DNA from: Bryobacterales bacterium
GTDB lineage: Bacteria; Acidobacteriota; Terriglobia; Bryobacterales; UBA6623
Assembly (NCBI GenBank): GCA_965248205.1
Contig: CBDFIS010000006.1
Span: forward strand, 6,224,662 to 6,288,661
Direction: 5' to 3'
Length of the DNA: 64,000 nt
Shown: one piece after another, positions 1 to 9,615 of the stretch
Layout of the letters: each line of letters begins with the position of its first letter
Numbering within the stretch: the stretch's first letter is position 1
Made by a program: the position numbers and the translations under genes
The notes under the pieces: generated by a model
Database searches by the model: none
Told to the model about the DNA's origin: nothing
The model's input: the letters and a program-made list of their open reading frames with translations, nothing else

Positions 1-330
1 CCACCGTCGGATCGTTTCGATTTCCGCGTCGCCGAGGTTTTGCTTGAACGCCGGAGGCGGCATTTCTCGCTTGGAGACACGCTGGTAAAGCAAGCTGTTT
101 TCCGGGTCTTCTTTGACGATCACGGGCCCGTTGTGGCTGCCTTTAAGCGCTGAGCGCGCCGTGCGCAAATCGAGACCGGCCATCGAAGTGCCGCCGTGGC
201 AACTGAGGCAGTTAGTGGTGAGGATGGGAAGTACATCCCGCTCGAAGCGCGGCGTCTGGCCCCAAGCCGCGATGGCCAAGCAGCCGGTCAGTCCGACCAG
301 CACCCCGAGACGTCGGTGGAGTGTCGACAT
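1..330 (-). CDS. Partial (N-terminal ~110 aa) planctomycete-cytochrome-c (PSCyt1) domain protein, probably the start of a DUF1549/DUF1553-type protein; runs off the window
   Basis: Own translation of the minus strand from ATG at 330 gives MSTLHRRLGVLVGLTGCLAIAAWGQTPRFERDVLPILTTNCLSCHGG..., a signal peptide followed by a CxxCH heme-c motif. It begins 17 nt after the stop of the DUF1501 gene. It is absent from the ORF track because it is open at the window edge. Confidence 0.6.
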   Translation of the reverse strand, partial: MSTLHRRLGVLVGLTGCLAIAAWGQTPRFERDVLPILTTNCLSCHGGTSMAGLDLRTARSALKGSHNGPVIVKEDPENSLLYQRVSKREMPPPAFKQNLGDAEIETIRRW

Positions 331-346
331 GGGATTCCTTTATCGC

Positions 347-1831
347 TCAGGCACCTTGCGGCGGCTTCTTCACCAGATCCCCGACAACCTTGGCGCCGGT
401 TACACTCACGTCGCTTGCGGTTTGCTCTCGGCCTTCGAACGGATAGGTGAGGCGCTTGTGATCGAGGCCCAGCAGGTAAAGCAAGGTGGCTTGCAAACTC
501 GGCACGCTCACCCGATTCAGCGTGGCCTTGTAAGCGAACTCGTCGGTCTCGCCGTAAACAAGCCCGTTCTTGAATCCTCCGCCCGCGAGCCAAAGGCTGA
601 AGGCGTTGCGATTGTGATCCCGACCTTTGCCGTGCTGGCTGGTCGGCAGGCGGCCAAATTCGCCGGCCCACATGACGATTGTACTGTCGAGCAATCCGCG
701 GCCTTTTAGATCCTGGATGAGAGCAGCAGAGCCCTGGTCCGTCTTGGCGCAGATGGGCGGCAGAGTTTCTTTGGTGTCCTGATGCGTGTCCCAGGGCTGG
801 CCCTTGCCCGGGAAGATCTGCACGAAGCGCACACCGGCCTCGACGAGTCGCCGGGCCATCAAACAGCGCGTGCCATAGCCGGCCGTAACCGGATTGTCCA
901 GCCCATAGAGCTTCTTCGTGGCCTCGGACTCGTCGGATAAGTCCAGCACTTCGGCGGCGGCAAGCTGCATCCGCGCCGCCAGCTCGTAGTTCTGAATCCG
1001 TGCTTCCAATTCAGACTCGCCCGGGTGATGGCGCAAATGTTCCGCATTGATTTTGGCCAGATAGTCCAGGCTCTCCCGCTGCACGCCCGGCGGCACGGGC
1101 ACGGGTGGATTGAGATGGTGCACGGGCGTGCCGGTCGAGGCGAACTCGACGCCTTGGTAGAGCGCGGGCAGCCAGCCGCTGGACCAGAGGATCTTACCCA
1201 GGGTGTGGTAGCCCTCCGGGTCGCGAAGTACGACGTAAGCGGGAAGGTTCTGGTTTTCGGTTCCCAGAGCGTAGGTGATCCAGGAGCCGATCACAGGCCG
1301 TCCGGCGAAGATGTTGCTCGTGAGGAGCATGTTCAGCCCCTCGGGGTGATTGTTGTGCTCGGTGTACATCGACCGCACCAGACACATCTCGTCCACCATG
1401 GTGCTCTGATGGGGAAGAACCTCGGACATCTCCATGCCACATTCGCCGTGGCGCCGAAACTCGAAGGGCGTAGGCAGCAAGATATTCGCGTTGTTAGGTT
1501 GGTGGATTTCGACTCCGTCCGGATGGGGCTGGCCGGCGCGCTTCGTGAGTTCCGGCTTCGGGTCGAACAAGTCCATCTGGCTGGGGCCGCCGTTCTGGAC
1601 CATTTGGATGACGGCCTTCGCGGGGCCGGGGAAATGCCCAGAGCGAGGCTGCAGATTGTTGTACAGCTGTCGATCAGAGCCCCGCTCCGCCCCTAACAAT
1701 GAGTCGGAATGCAACAGGCTCTTTAACGCCAGGCTGCCGAGGCCCAGGCCGGACATCTCCAGTAACTTTCGCCGCGACACCAACGTGGCGGCTTGAGAGA
1801 AATCCTCTTTACCGGAGGGCATGATTGTCAC
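347..1831 (-). CDS. DUF1501 domain-containing protein (sulfatase-like fold) with Tat-type signal
   Basis: 494-aa ORF. N-terminus SRRKLLEMSGLGLGSLAL looks like a twin-arginine signal. The rest (RSMYTEHNNHPEG, WAGEFGRLP, GRDHN) is typical of DUF1501 proteins that pair with PSCyt/DUF1549/DUF1553 proteins. Confidence 0.9.
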   Translation of the reverse strand: MTIMPSGKEDFSQAATLVSRRKLLEMSGLGLGSLALKSLLHSDSLLGAERGSDRQLYNNLQPRSGHFPGPAKAVIQMVQNGGPSQMDLFDPKPELTKRAGQPHPDGVEIHQPNNANILLPTPFEFRRHGECGMEMSEVLPHQSTMVDEMCLVRSMYTEHNNHPEGLNMLLTSNIFAGRPVIGSWITYALGTENQNLPAYVVLRDPEGYHTLGKILWSSGWLPALYQGVEFASTGTPVHHLNPPVPVPPGVQRESLDYLAKINAEHLRHHPGESELEARIQNYELAARMQLAAAEVLDLSDESEATKKLYGLDNPVTAGYGTRCLMARRLVEAGVRFVQIFPGKGQPWDTHQDTKETLPPICAKTDQGSAALIQDLKGRGLLDSTIVMWAGEFGRLPTSQHGKGRDHNRNAFSLWLAGGGFKNGLVYGETDEFAYKATLNRVSVPSLQATLLYLLGLDHKRLTYPFEGREQTASDVSVTGAKVVGDLVKKPPQGA

Positions 1832-2193
1832 CTCTTTTCGGCCACTCGTTTCGAGGCCGGTTCGACGGTAAGCATTATAGGCCGGGTTGGCGCCCAGCGG
1901 TTGCCCACTCGGGCCTCCACCGAAAACTCATAGGAACCCAATGGCGCGTCTTCGTCGGCGTCTGACTGTATTTTACTCCCATCTCCCACGGGCGGCGAGT
2001 TTGAAAGCAACCCCCGGGGGCAGAACTTTCGCAGACAGTATTCATGCCCTCGGGATAGTACTCGGCAGTGAGCTCAAAGGTGCCGAGCCGCCCTGCGACA
2101 AGCTCAGAGTTTGGGTCTCGGCCGGCGATCGCCTGAAGTGGGTAGGTCGCGCTTCGCGCTTAACGAGACCTAGTTACAATATGGCAGCGATCT

Positions 2194-3186
2194 ATGGCTA
2201 AGGACGCACCAGACGGCGAAACGGAACAGCCGGTGCACCCGCGGGCGCTCGACCCGGGGTTCCATCAGTTGGTGGATGCAGGTGAGTCCATCGAGCACGT
2301 GGCCACTGTTGGCGGCAAGGGAACGGCCTTCCAAACGTCCACTGGCATTTATGAGCACTTGACGGAAGGCCCTGTATGGAATCCCAAGGGGTCCCTTCTC
2401 TTTAGTGATATTTTCGGGAACAAAATCTACGAGTGGTCGCCGACGGGCGGGCTGGCGGTGTTCCGTGAGCCCTCTGGCTATTCAAACGGCTTGACTTTTG
2501 ACCACCAGGGACGCCTGGTGATTTGCAATCAAGAACTGCGTAGGCTGGAGCGGCTGGAAGCGGACGGTAAGATCACCGTTCTGGCCGATGAATGGGAAGG
2601 GCGGAAACTGAACTGCCCAAACGACGTAGTCATTCGCCAGGACGGCAATATCTACTTTAGTGACCCCTACTGGGGTTTTCCAACCGGATCCGTCCAAGAA
2701 CTCTCTTTTAAGGCCGTCTTTCGAGTTGACCCCAGCGGGCAGCTCTTCGTGGAGGCCACGGACTTCGGCGTGCCCAACGGCGTTGCCCTGTCTCCCGATC
2801 AAAATACACTTTACGTCGCGGACACCCCTCGGAAGAAACTTCACGCCTTTGATGTCGGCAGCGATGGGAGTTTGACCGGCCAGCGCCTCTTCGCCGAACT
2901 GGAATCAGACGAAAAGGGGCCTGTCGACGGCATGAAGGTGGATGAGCAAGGCGATATTTGGACGACTGGGCCGGGCGGGATGTGGGTCTTTGACAGCGAA
3001 GGGAAACACCTTGGGAACATTCGGCCGCCTGACCTTCCGCGTAACTGTGCTTGGGGGGATGAGGACTATCGGTCCTTATATATGGCCACCCCGAAATCCG
3101 TTTATCGGCTGCGCACACGCGTCCGAGGGCTGATCACGTATCCGACCAATTCCGAAGCCAAGAATAACTACCCGTCCTACCGTTAG
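2194..3186 (+). CDS. SMP-30/gluconolactonase/LRE family protein
   Basis: 330-aa ORF with a beta-propeller signature: EGPVWNPKGSLLFSDI, SNGLTFDHQGRLVICN, PNDVVIRQDGNIYFSDP, PNGVALSPDQNTLYVADT, DGMKVDEQGDIW. The true start may be downstream of 2194. Confidence 0.85.
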   Translation: MAKDAPDGETEQPVHPRALDPGFHQLVDAGESIEHVATVGGKGTAFQTSTGIYEHLTEGPVWNPKGSLLFSDIFGNKIYEWSPTGGLAVFREPSGYSNGLTFDHQGRLVICNQELRRLERLEADGKITVLADEWEGRKLNCPNDVVIRQDGNIYFSDPYWGFPTGSVQELSFKAVFRVDPSGQLFVEATDFGVPNGVALSPDQNTLYVADTPRKKLHAFDVGSDGSLTGQRLFAELESDEKGPVDGMKVDEQGDIWTTGPGGMWVFDSEGKHLGNIRPPDLPRNCAWGDEDYRSLYMATPKSVYRLRTRVRGLITYPTNSEAKNNYPSYR

Positions 3187-3217
3187 CAGGCAAAATCGTG
3201 CGGGAGCGAAAGATGGG

Positions 3218-3329
3218 GACTGCCACCAATTCGCTCCCCGTCATGGCCATCGAAACAAAGGACTCAGCCTGAACGAATTGGCTGGCTGTACCCGATTTTC
3301 GCGAAGTCTACTTTTACCACGGCTCCTAG
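3218..3329 (+). repeat. Intergenic ~113-nt repeat, copy A (partner at 50506..50619)
   Basis: Hand alignment with 50506..50619: about 100 of ~113 positions are identical, with three 1-nt indels. Shared blocks include gactgcc.ccaattcgctccccgtcatggcc and ggctggctgtacccgatttt. Confidence 0.6.
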
Positions 3330-3487
3330 GACATTAGGCGAGGCAAAGGCAGATCGACCTGGCCGGGGTGTACAATAGCGCTGCGTGAAATCTGAAAATG
3401 TAACTAAAGTATGTGCAGTCCCCATTTTTTCTGCGCTAAGAGTGGCTGCCTCGTCGCATAGTCATACCTCTAGTAAAGGACCGCAAC

Positions 3488-5497
3488 ATGTCAACAACCG
3501 CACTGAGTTTGGATCTTGAAAAGGAAGTTCTTCTTTCGCTCTATCACAAGATGCTCGTGATCCGCCGCTCCGAGCGACAGTTGGTGAAGGCGCATCAAAT
3601 GGGCCTCTTGCACGGCGCCTGCCACACCTACATTGGGGAGGAAGCTGTCGCCACCGGCGTCTGCGCCCATCTTCGTCCCGAAGACACGATTTTCAGCACC
3701 CACCGGGGTCACGGGCACGCGCTGGCGAAAGGCGTGCCGATGCGCGAGCTGATCGCCGAGTTGTTTGGGCGCCAAACGGGCTGTTCGCGGGGGCGGGGAG
3801 GAAGTATGCATCTTTTCTCTCCGGAAGTCGGTTTGATGGGGACGAGCGGTATCGTTGGCCCCTCGATCCTGCAGGCGACGGGCGCCGCCTACGCCCTGAA
3901 GCTTCTGAAGACGGATCGCGTCAGCGCTGCCTTCTTCGGCGACGGCGCCGTCAGCAACGGCGCTTTCCACGAAGGTCTGAACCTGGCGGCGATCTACCAG
4001 CTACCGGTTCTACTCGTCTGTGAAAACAACCTGTATGCGACGGAGGTGGCCTTCAACTACGCGACCCGGAATCCGGAGGTTGGCAGCCGCGGAGAAACGT
4101 ACGGAATGCCGGGTGTGGCCGTCGATGGAAACGACGTCCTCGCCGTTTATCAGGCCGCCGACGAGGCTGTCAAGCGGGCGCGTTCCGGGGGAGGCCCCAC
4201 GCTGATCGAATGCAAGACCTATCGCACGCGAGCCCACAACGAAGGGATGAGCGATTACGGTCATCGAACGAGACAGGAGGTCGAAGAGTGGAGGGCCCGC
4301 GACCCTATCGAAACTTTTCAGAAAAAACTCGTGGATGACGGTGTGGCGACCGAAGACGAACTCCAGGGGATTGACCGGGAGATCCAGGCGGAAGCCGAAG
4401 AGGCGTTCGAGTTCGCCAAGCAAAGTCCTTGGCCGGACCCCGATACGGCCACCGCTTTCATTTTCAGCCAAGACGGCGTCGAAACCGAGGCGCCGCCGAG
4501 CGAGGCGGACGGCCCCGCGGCGCGCGAGATCACCTTCATGCAGGCCACCCTCGAGGCCCTCGCCGGTGAGATGGAAAGAGACCCCACCATCTTTGTCTTC
4601 GGTGAGGGGGTCGGCAAACGCGGGGGAAACTTCAATACGACAACAGGCCTCTACGACCTCTATGGACCCGAGCGTCTTTGCGATACACCGATCAGCGAGC
4701 GTGGCTTCACCGGGGTTTCCACCGGAGCCGCCATGGCGGGCGCCCGCCCCGTTGTCGACTTCATGTTTTGGGACTTTGCTCTGGACACCTTGGGCGAAAT
4801 TCTCAATCAAATCGCCAAGATGCAGTACATGTCGAGCGGGCGGCTGAAGATGCCAATTCTGCTACGCGGCTGCATCGGCGTCGGGCACTCCGCCGCCACC
4901 CACCACTCGGGAAACTACTACCCGATATACGTTCACATTCCGGGCTTGAGGGTCGTGATGCCATCGAATCCGTACGACGCCAAAGGGCTTTTCGTTACGG
5001 CGCTTCGCTGTCACGACCCGGTACTCTTTCTCGAGCACCGCTCCCTGTTGGGCAGCAAGGGCAACGTTCCCGAGGAACCCTACACCATACCCTTCGGCAA
5101 AGCCGCGATTGCTCGCCAAGGGAGCGATGTGACCGTCGTGGCCATTTCCAATATGGTGGGACTAACTCTCACCGCCTGCGAGCAGCTCGAGAAACAAAAC
5201 ATCTCCGTCGAAGTCATTGACCCCAGGACTCTGGCGCCGCTCGATATCGACACCATTCTCGAGTCCGTCCACAAGACAGGCCGGCTTCTCATCGTGGACG
5301 AGACGTTTGCACCGTGCGCGATCGGCGCGGAGATCTCCTCCCAGGTGATGGAGCGTGCTTTCGCAGATCTCGACGCCCCCGTGCGCCGCCTGAACGGAGT
5401 GCATACGCCGATCCCATACAGTCCGGCGCTCGAAAAGGCTCTCGTTCCGCACGTCGAAGACATTGTTCGGTCGGTCCAGGAGTTGGTGGCGGAATAG
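3488..5497 (+). CDS. 2-oxoacid (pyruvate/acetoin-type) dehydrogenase E1 component, fused alpha and beta subunits, TPP-dependent
   Basis: 669-aa ORF. The N-terminal half has E1-alpha motifs (YRGHGHALAKG; TPP fold GDGAVSNGAFHEGLNLAA...CENN). An acidic linker follows. The C-terminal half has E1-beta motifs (ITFMQATLEAL, GEGVGKRGGNF, DTPISERGFTG, PRTLAPLDIDTI). Confidence 0.9.
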   Translation: MSTTALSLDLEKEVLLSLYHKMLVIRRSERQLVKAHQMGLLHGACHTYIGEEAVATGVCAHLRPEDTIFSTHRGHGHALAKGVPMRELIAELFGRQTGCSRGRGGSMHLFSPEVGLMGTSGIVGPSILQATGAAYALKLLKTDRVSAAFFGDGAVSNGAFHEGLNLAAIYQLPVLLVCENNLYATEVAFNYATRNPEVGSRGETYGMPGVAVDGNDVLAVYQAADEAVKRARSGGGPTLIECKTYRTRAHNEGMSDYGHRTRQEVEEWRARDPIETFQKKLVDDGVATEDELQGIDREIQAEAEEAFEFAKQSPWPDPDTATAFIFSQDGVETEAPPSEADGPAAREITFMQATLEALAGEMERDPTIFVFGEGVGKRGGNFNTTTGLYDLYGPERLCDTPISERGFTGVSTGAAMAGARPVVDFMFWDFALDTLGEILNQIAKMQYMSSGRLKMPILLRGCIGVGHSAATHHSGNYYPIYVHIPGLRVVMPSNPYDAKGLFVTALRCHDPVLFLEHRSLLGSKGNVPEEPYTIPFGKAAIARQGSDVTVVAISNMVGLTLTACEQLEKQNISVEVIDPRTLAPLDIDTILESVHKTGRLLIVDETFAPCAIGAEISSQVMERAFADLDAPVRRLNGVHTPIPYSPALEKALVPHVEDIVRSVQELVAE

Positions 5498-5505
5498 AGA
5501 CCGGG

Positions 5506-6714
5506 ATGGCCTTTGAACTGTTCGTGCCACGACTCGGTTGGGACATGGAGGAGGGTACCTTCACGGGCTGGCTCAAAAAAGACGGAGAGACCGTCAAAGA
5601 GGGCGAGCCGGTCTTCCTTGTCGAGTCGGAGAAGGCGGAGCAGGAAGTGGAGTCGCTGGAATCCGGGATCCTGCGGATTCCCGCAGACGGTCCCCGGCCG
5701 GGAGACGTACTCCCGGTGGGAACATTGATCGGATACCTTGTCGAACCCGGCGAGGAAGCTCCTTCCAGCGTTAAGAGCGTCGCTGCTGCGCCGCCTATGC
5801 CTGAAAGTGCCGGCGCCAAGGCCGAGTCTGCGTCGACAGCTGCCGCAGCGCTTCCTACACCCGCGGCACAGCCTCGGGAAGCACGAGCCGCCCGCCCGTC
5901 GATCAGTCCACGCGCCAAGCGAATCGCCAAAGAACTGGGCGTCGACTGGAAGAAGGTTCAGGGGACGGGCCGCGAAGGGCGCATCGTCGAGGAGGACATT
6001 CGTGCAGCCGCCACCGGAGCTGCCGCCGCAGCCGGCAGGGGTGCGCCTGCGCCGGTAGGCCGATTGCGAAAACGTATCGCCGAGCGGGTGTCCGAAAGCG
6101 CCCACTCAACGGCCCCCGTGACTTTGACGGCCGAAGCCGACGCCACGAACCTGGTCAGCCGGCGCGACGAACTCAAGGCCGGTGCTTCGGGGGAACCGGT
6201 CCTTCCGACGTACACCGATCTCCTCGTAAAGCTCACGGCCGCGGCTCTCGAAAAGCACCCCCTGCTGAACGCTTACTGGGAAAACGAGCAGATCCGGGTC
6301 CTTGACGACATACACATCGCCATCGCCGTGGACACCGAGGAAGGTTTGTTGGCTCCGGTTCTACGGGATGCCAACAAGAAGAGCGTCACGCAAATCGCGG
6401 GAGAGTCCCGCTCGCTGGCCGAAAAGGCTCGCGCCCGTAAGCTTGATCGTGACAGCCTGCAAGGCGGCACGTTCACGATCACCAATCTCGGGACTTACGG
6501 CATCGACGCATTCACCCCAATTATCAACTTGCCGCAATGCGCGATCCTCGGCGTGGGAGCGATTCGCCTGAAGCCCGCCGTCCACGAGGGACAGCTTGCC
6601 GCGCGTCACATGGTTTCGCTGAGCTTGACATTCGACCACCGGATCGTGGACGGGGCCCCGGCCGCCGCGTTTCTGAAAACCGTCCGTGAGCTGATCGAGC
6701 AGCCCGGGCTCTAA
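5506..6714 (+). CDS. Dihydrolipoamide acyltransferase (E2) of a 2-oxoacid dehydrogenase complex
   Basis: Start placed at ATG 5506 (MAFELFVPRLGWDMEEGT), 8 nt after the E1 stop. The track ORF from 5314 overlaps E1. Contains a lipoyl domain (VESEKAEQEVES), a peripheral subunit-binding domain (ISPRAKRIAKELGVDWKKVQGTGREGRIVEEDI) and the catalytic DHRIVDG motif. Confidence 0.9.
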   Translation: MAFELFVPRLGWDMEEGTFTGWLKKDGETVKEGEPVFLVESEKAEQEVESLESGILRIPADGPRPGDVLPVGTLIGYLVEPGEEAPSSVKSVAAAPPMPESAGAKAESASTAAAALPTPAAQPREARAARPSISPRAKRIAKELGVDWKKVQGTGREGRIVEEDIRAAATGAAAAAGRGAPAPVGRLRKRIAERVSESAHSTAPVTLTAEADATNLVSRRDELKAGASGEPVLPTYTDLLVKLTAAALEKHPLLNAYWENEQIRVLDDIHIAIAVDTEEGLLAPVLRDANKKSVTQIAGESRSLAEKARARKLDRDSLQGGTFTITNLGTYGIDAFTPIINLPQCAILGVGAIRLKPAVHEGQLAARHMVSLSLTFDHRIVDGAPAAAFLKTVRELIEQPGL

Positions 6715-6737
6715 CGGGACGACCGATCCAAACCCCA

Positions 6738-8723
6738 ATGACTGAAAACGCTTCCGACGCCCCTCCCCAAATCGACACCGTTCCTGCCGGACATCTGCCG
6801 CCGTGGCAGCTGGGGGAGATGCCCGCGCCGCCCGACGCGGGCTGGCGTCTGTGGGTTGGCTTGCTGGGGCCGGGAGTCGTGTTGGCGGGCACTTCCATCG
6901 GCTCGGGAGAGTGGTTGTTCGGCCCGGCGGTCAGCGCTCAGTATGGCGCCACGTTGATGTGGCTGGCATCGATCAGCATCGTCTTTCAAGTGTTCTGCAA
7001 TCTCATGATGATGCGCTATGCGATCTATTGCGGTGAGCCGATCCACGTCGGAATCTTACGGACGAAGCCGGGCCCGAAGCTTTGGGTCACTTTTTTCGTG
7101 TGTATCGACATCGCAGGCATTTGGCCGTTCAACGCCTCGAATGCCGCCGTCCCGCTAGCGGCAGCGATCTTGGGACACTTGCCCGGCACGGCGGATGAAA
7201 TTCAGTTCGTCCAATACCTCGGTGTCACGGTCTTTTTGTTTTCCTTCGTGCCCCTCATCTTCGGCGGCAAGGTTTACCGCATGCTCGAGTGGATCATGAC
7301 CCTGAAGTTGGTCGTCGTACTCGGTTATCTGACCTTCATCGCTGTCTTCATGGTGTCAGGAGCCGTCATCTGGGACGTCGCCACGGCATTCTTTCGGTTC
7401 GGCAACATTCCCCTGAGAGCCGACACCACTGTCGTCGACCGCCACTTTACGATTGCGGAAAGAGATGGCGATACGACCTATACGCTCAAGGGAATCATGG
7501 AAAAGGGGACGCCGGTTATCGCCGAGTTCAGCGTGGAGCGAGCCGATAAGCTACAGAAATTCAAGATGGTTGATTGGGAGTCTCTCGACCAGCGAGGCCT
7601 GTCGCGCGCTGAGATGGCGGAACTGCGAAGCCGGCGTCAGACCCTCGTCGATCGCGCTGTTCAACTTGCCCGACCTAATGCCTTCTTTGTCGAGACGGAG
7701 AGTGAGGGTGAAAAGCTCACCGTCGCCGGGACGATCGGCGAAGACCGTTCCTGGCAAATCGAACGCATGACCGTTGTGGATGCGAACGGCGCCCAGAGCT
7801 ATCGTGAGCTGAATGAAGTGCCCGATCCCTACCGCGAACGATTCGAACAGCTCACGGAGAATCGAGGGCTCGAGATTACAGGCCTTTTTGGTTACGTGAA
7901 GGAGTATGGCAAGCTGCCGCCCGTGGACTGGGCCATCCTGGCTGCTTTTATTGGCATCGCCGGTGCGGGTGGGATGACCAACACCCTGTTTTCCAATTAT
8001 GCGCGGGACAAGGGTTGGGGTATGGGAAAACACGTCGGCGCCATCCCCAGTGCGATCGGCGGCAGAATGATCAAACTGTCGCACGTCGGTATGGTGGCCT
8101 TCAGAAACGCGGCCAATAGGTCCCGCTGGCTTGGCTGGATCCGGCACATCGTGCGCGATCAAGTGGCGGTATGGATGGTGTGCTCCTTCCTCGGTATGGC
8201 CCTGCCCTGCATGATGTCGGTGGAGTTTATCCGCAACCATACGGTCGAAGGGAGCCGCGTTGCCGCTATGGTGGCCAGCGGCATGGAGGAACGCTACACC
8301 GAGTTTGGCCCCCTTCTCTGGACCTTAACGCTATTGTGCGGCTTTCTTGTGCTGGCTCCGGGCCAGGTGAGCGTCAACGACCAGATCTCGCGCCGCTGGA
8401 CGGACATCATCTGGACCGCCAGCGAACGGGCGAAGCAGCTAAAAGGCAACCAGGTCAAATACATCTACTACGGCATCATGTCCGTATACCTGGTGTGGGG
8501 ATTGGTCATGTTGACGCTCTTTGACCCGCTGGATTTAGCCAAGTTCGGCGCCGTCATCGGCACTGTCGCGCTGGGATCGACGTCGCTGCTGGCGTTGTAC
8601 GCCAATAGAACCCTTTTGCCGAAAGAAGCGCGGCCCGGCTGGTTCCTGCAACTTGGCGTCGTCTGCTGCGGACTCTTCTTCTTGAGTTTGAGCGTCGTGG
8701 TCTTTCTGACGTTTCGGGGGTGA
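6738..8723 (+). CDS. Nramp-related polytopic membrane transporter with a large (~160 aa) hydrophilic insertion
   Basis: 661-aa ORF starting 24 nt after E2. The TM1 region GPGVVLAGTSIGSGEWLFGPAVSAQYG parallels the Nramp/MntH GPG...IDPGNW...QYG region. There are many hydrophobic segments on either side of a charged soluble stretch at about residues 230-395. Confidence 0.55.
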   Translation: MTENASDAPPQIDTVPAGHLPPWQLGEMPAPPDAGWRLWVGLLGPGVVLAGTSIGSGEWLFGPAVSAQYGATLMWLASISIVFQVFCNLMMMRYAIYCGEPIHVGILRTKPGPKLWVTFFVCIDIAGIWPFNASNAAVPLAAAILGHLPGTADEIQFVQYLGVTVFLFSFVPLIFGGKVYRMLEWIMTLKLVVVLGYLTFIAVFMVSGAVIWDVATAFFRFGNIPLRADTTVVDRHFTIAERDGDTTYTLKGIMEKGTPVIAEFSVERADKLQKFKMVDWESLDQRGLSRAEMAELRSRRQTLVDRAVQLARPNAFFVETESEGEKLTVAGTIGEDRSWQIERMTVVDANGAQSYRELNEVPDPYRERFEQLTENRGLEITGLFGYVKEYGKLPPVDWAILAAFIGIAGAGGMTNTLFSNYARDKGWGMGKHVGAIPSAIGGRMIKLSHVGMVAFRNAANRSRWLGWIRHIVRDQVAVWMVCSFLGMALPCMMSVEFIRNHTVEGSRVAAMVASGMEERYTEFGPLLWTLTLLCGFLVLAPGQVSVNDQISRRWTDIIWTASERAKQLKGNQVKYIYYGIMSVYLVWGLVMLTLFDPLDLAKFGAVIGTVALGSTSLLALYANRTLLPKEARPGWFLQLGVVCCGLFFLSLSVVVFLTFRG

Positions 8724-8796
8724 GAAGCGAATTCACCTGTTTAGGGGCTGGTCGACTGTCGGTAAAGCGGCCTCTCAGCCGAGAAGGGCGACTGAG

Positions 8797-9615
8797 TCAC
8801 GTCCCGGGATTTGGGGCGTTAGCGGCATCAACTTGCTCAGGATCTGCGCTGGTGATTTTCTGAGCGACGATCTCGATCTGTTGCGAGAAAGGGTGCTGCG
8901 GATGCCGAAGGGAGAAGATGCCGCTGCTGGCGAGCTGCACAACTTCGAAGTTCAGGGTAAAGATCCCTGCGATCGGTATCTTGTATGTTCTTTCCAGGTG
9001 TCCCCGAAGTGCGTGGGCCTCGATATCGGAGGGGACCTTGTTGACGAGCATCATCATGTTCCGAACCTTTAGCTGGCGGGCGAGTTCGACAGTTACGGCC
9101 GTCCCCTGAAAATCCTGATTGTCGGGCCGCATGACAACGAGGAGAAGATCACACACCACGATGGACAGCAGGGTCTCGTCGTTCACACCGGGGTGCGTAT
9201 CAATGAAAAGATAGTCCAGCCCAAGTTGGCGTATGGCCTCTTGGAAGCCGCTGTTCAGCTTCTGTACGTCGTAGCCCTGGTCGACGATGCGGACGATATC
9301 TGTCTGCTTGGAGCTGGAGGGAATCAGGTGGAGAGAGGCGATTTCCAGTTGACCGCCCGCTTCTTCGCGGACTTTGGCCGTTACATCGCAGGCCGCCTGC
9401 TGGATCGAGCAACGTCCCCACAGGAAGTCGTTGAGGAAGTATTCAGTCTCGCCCTCTTTGAGGCCGAATATTATGTGGATGCCGGGTGACTGAATGTCAG
9501 TGTCGATGACACCGACACGATGACCCGCACGTGCCACCGCTACGGCAAGGTTCGCCGTGAGATTCGATTTGCCTGTTCCGCCTCGAAACGAATGGACCGA
9601 GATGATTTTGCCCAC
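8797..9615 (-). CDS. MinD/ParA-family P-loop ATPase
   Basis: 272-aa ORF. It has a deviant Walker A (SFRGGTGKSNLTANLA), a Walker A-prime/switch region (VIDTDIQSPG) and Walker B (DYLFIDTHPG). It sits directly downstream of the FHA gene on the same strand. Confidence 0.8.
   Translation of the reverse strand: MGKIISVHSFRGGTGKSNLTANLAVAVARAGHRVGVIDTDIQSPGIHIIFGLKEGETEYFLNDFLWGRCSIQQAACDVTAKVREEAGGQLEIASLHLIPSSSKQTDIVRIVDQGYDVQKLNSGFQEAIRQLGLDYLFIDTHPGVNDETLLSIVVCDLLLVVMRPDNQDFQGTAVTVELARQLKVRNMMMLVNKVPSDIEAHALRGHLERTYKIPIAGIFTLNFEVVQLASSGIFSLRHPQHPFSQQIEIVAQKITSADPEQVDAANAPNPGT

Noticed and set aside
5080-6105. 341-aa and 213-aa minus-strand ORFs, and plus-strand ORF 5314.. overlapping the E1/E2 junction
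   Set aside because: They are antisense or out of frame relative to strongly supported E1 and E2 genes. The 5314 start would overlap E1 by 184 nt, whereas ATG 5506 begins exactly at the lipoyl domain.
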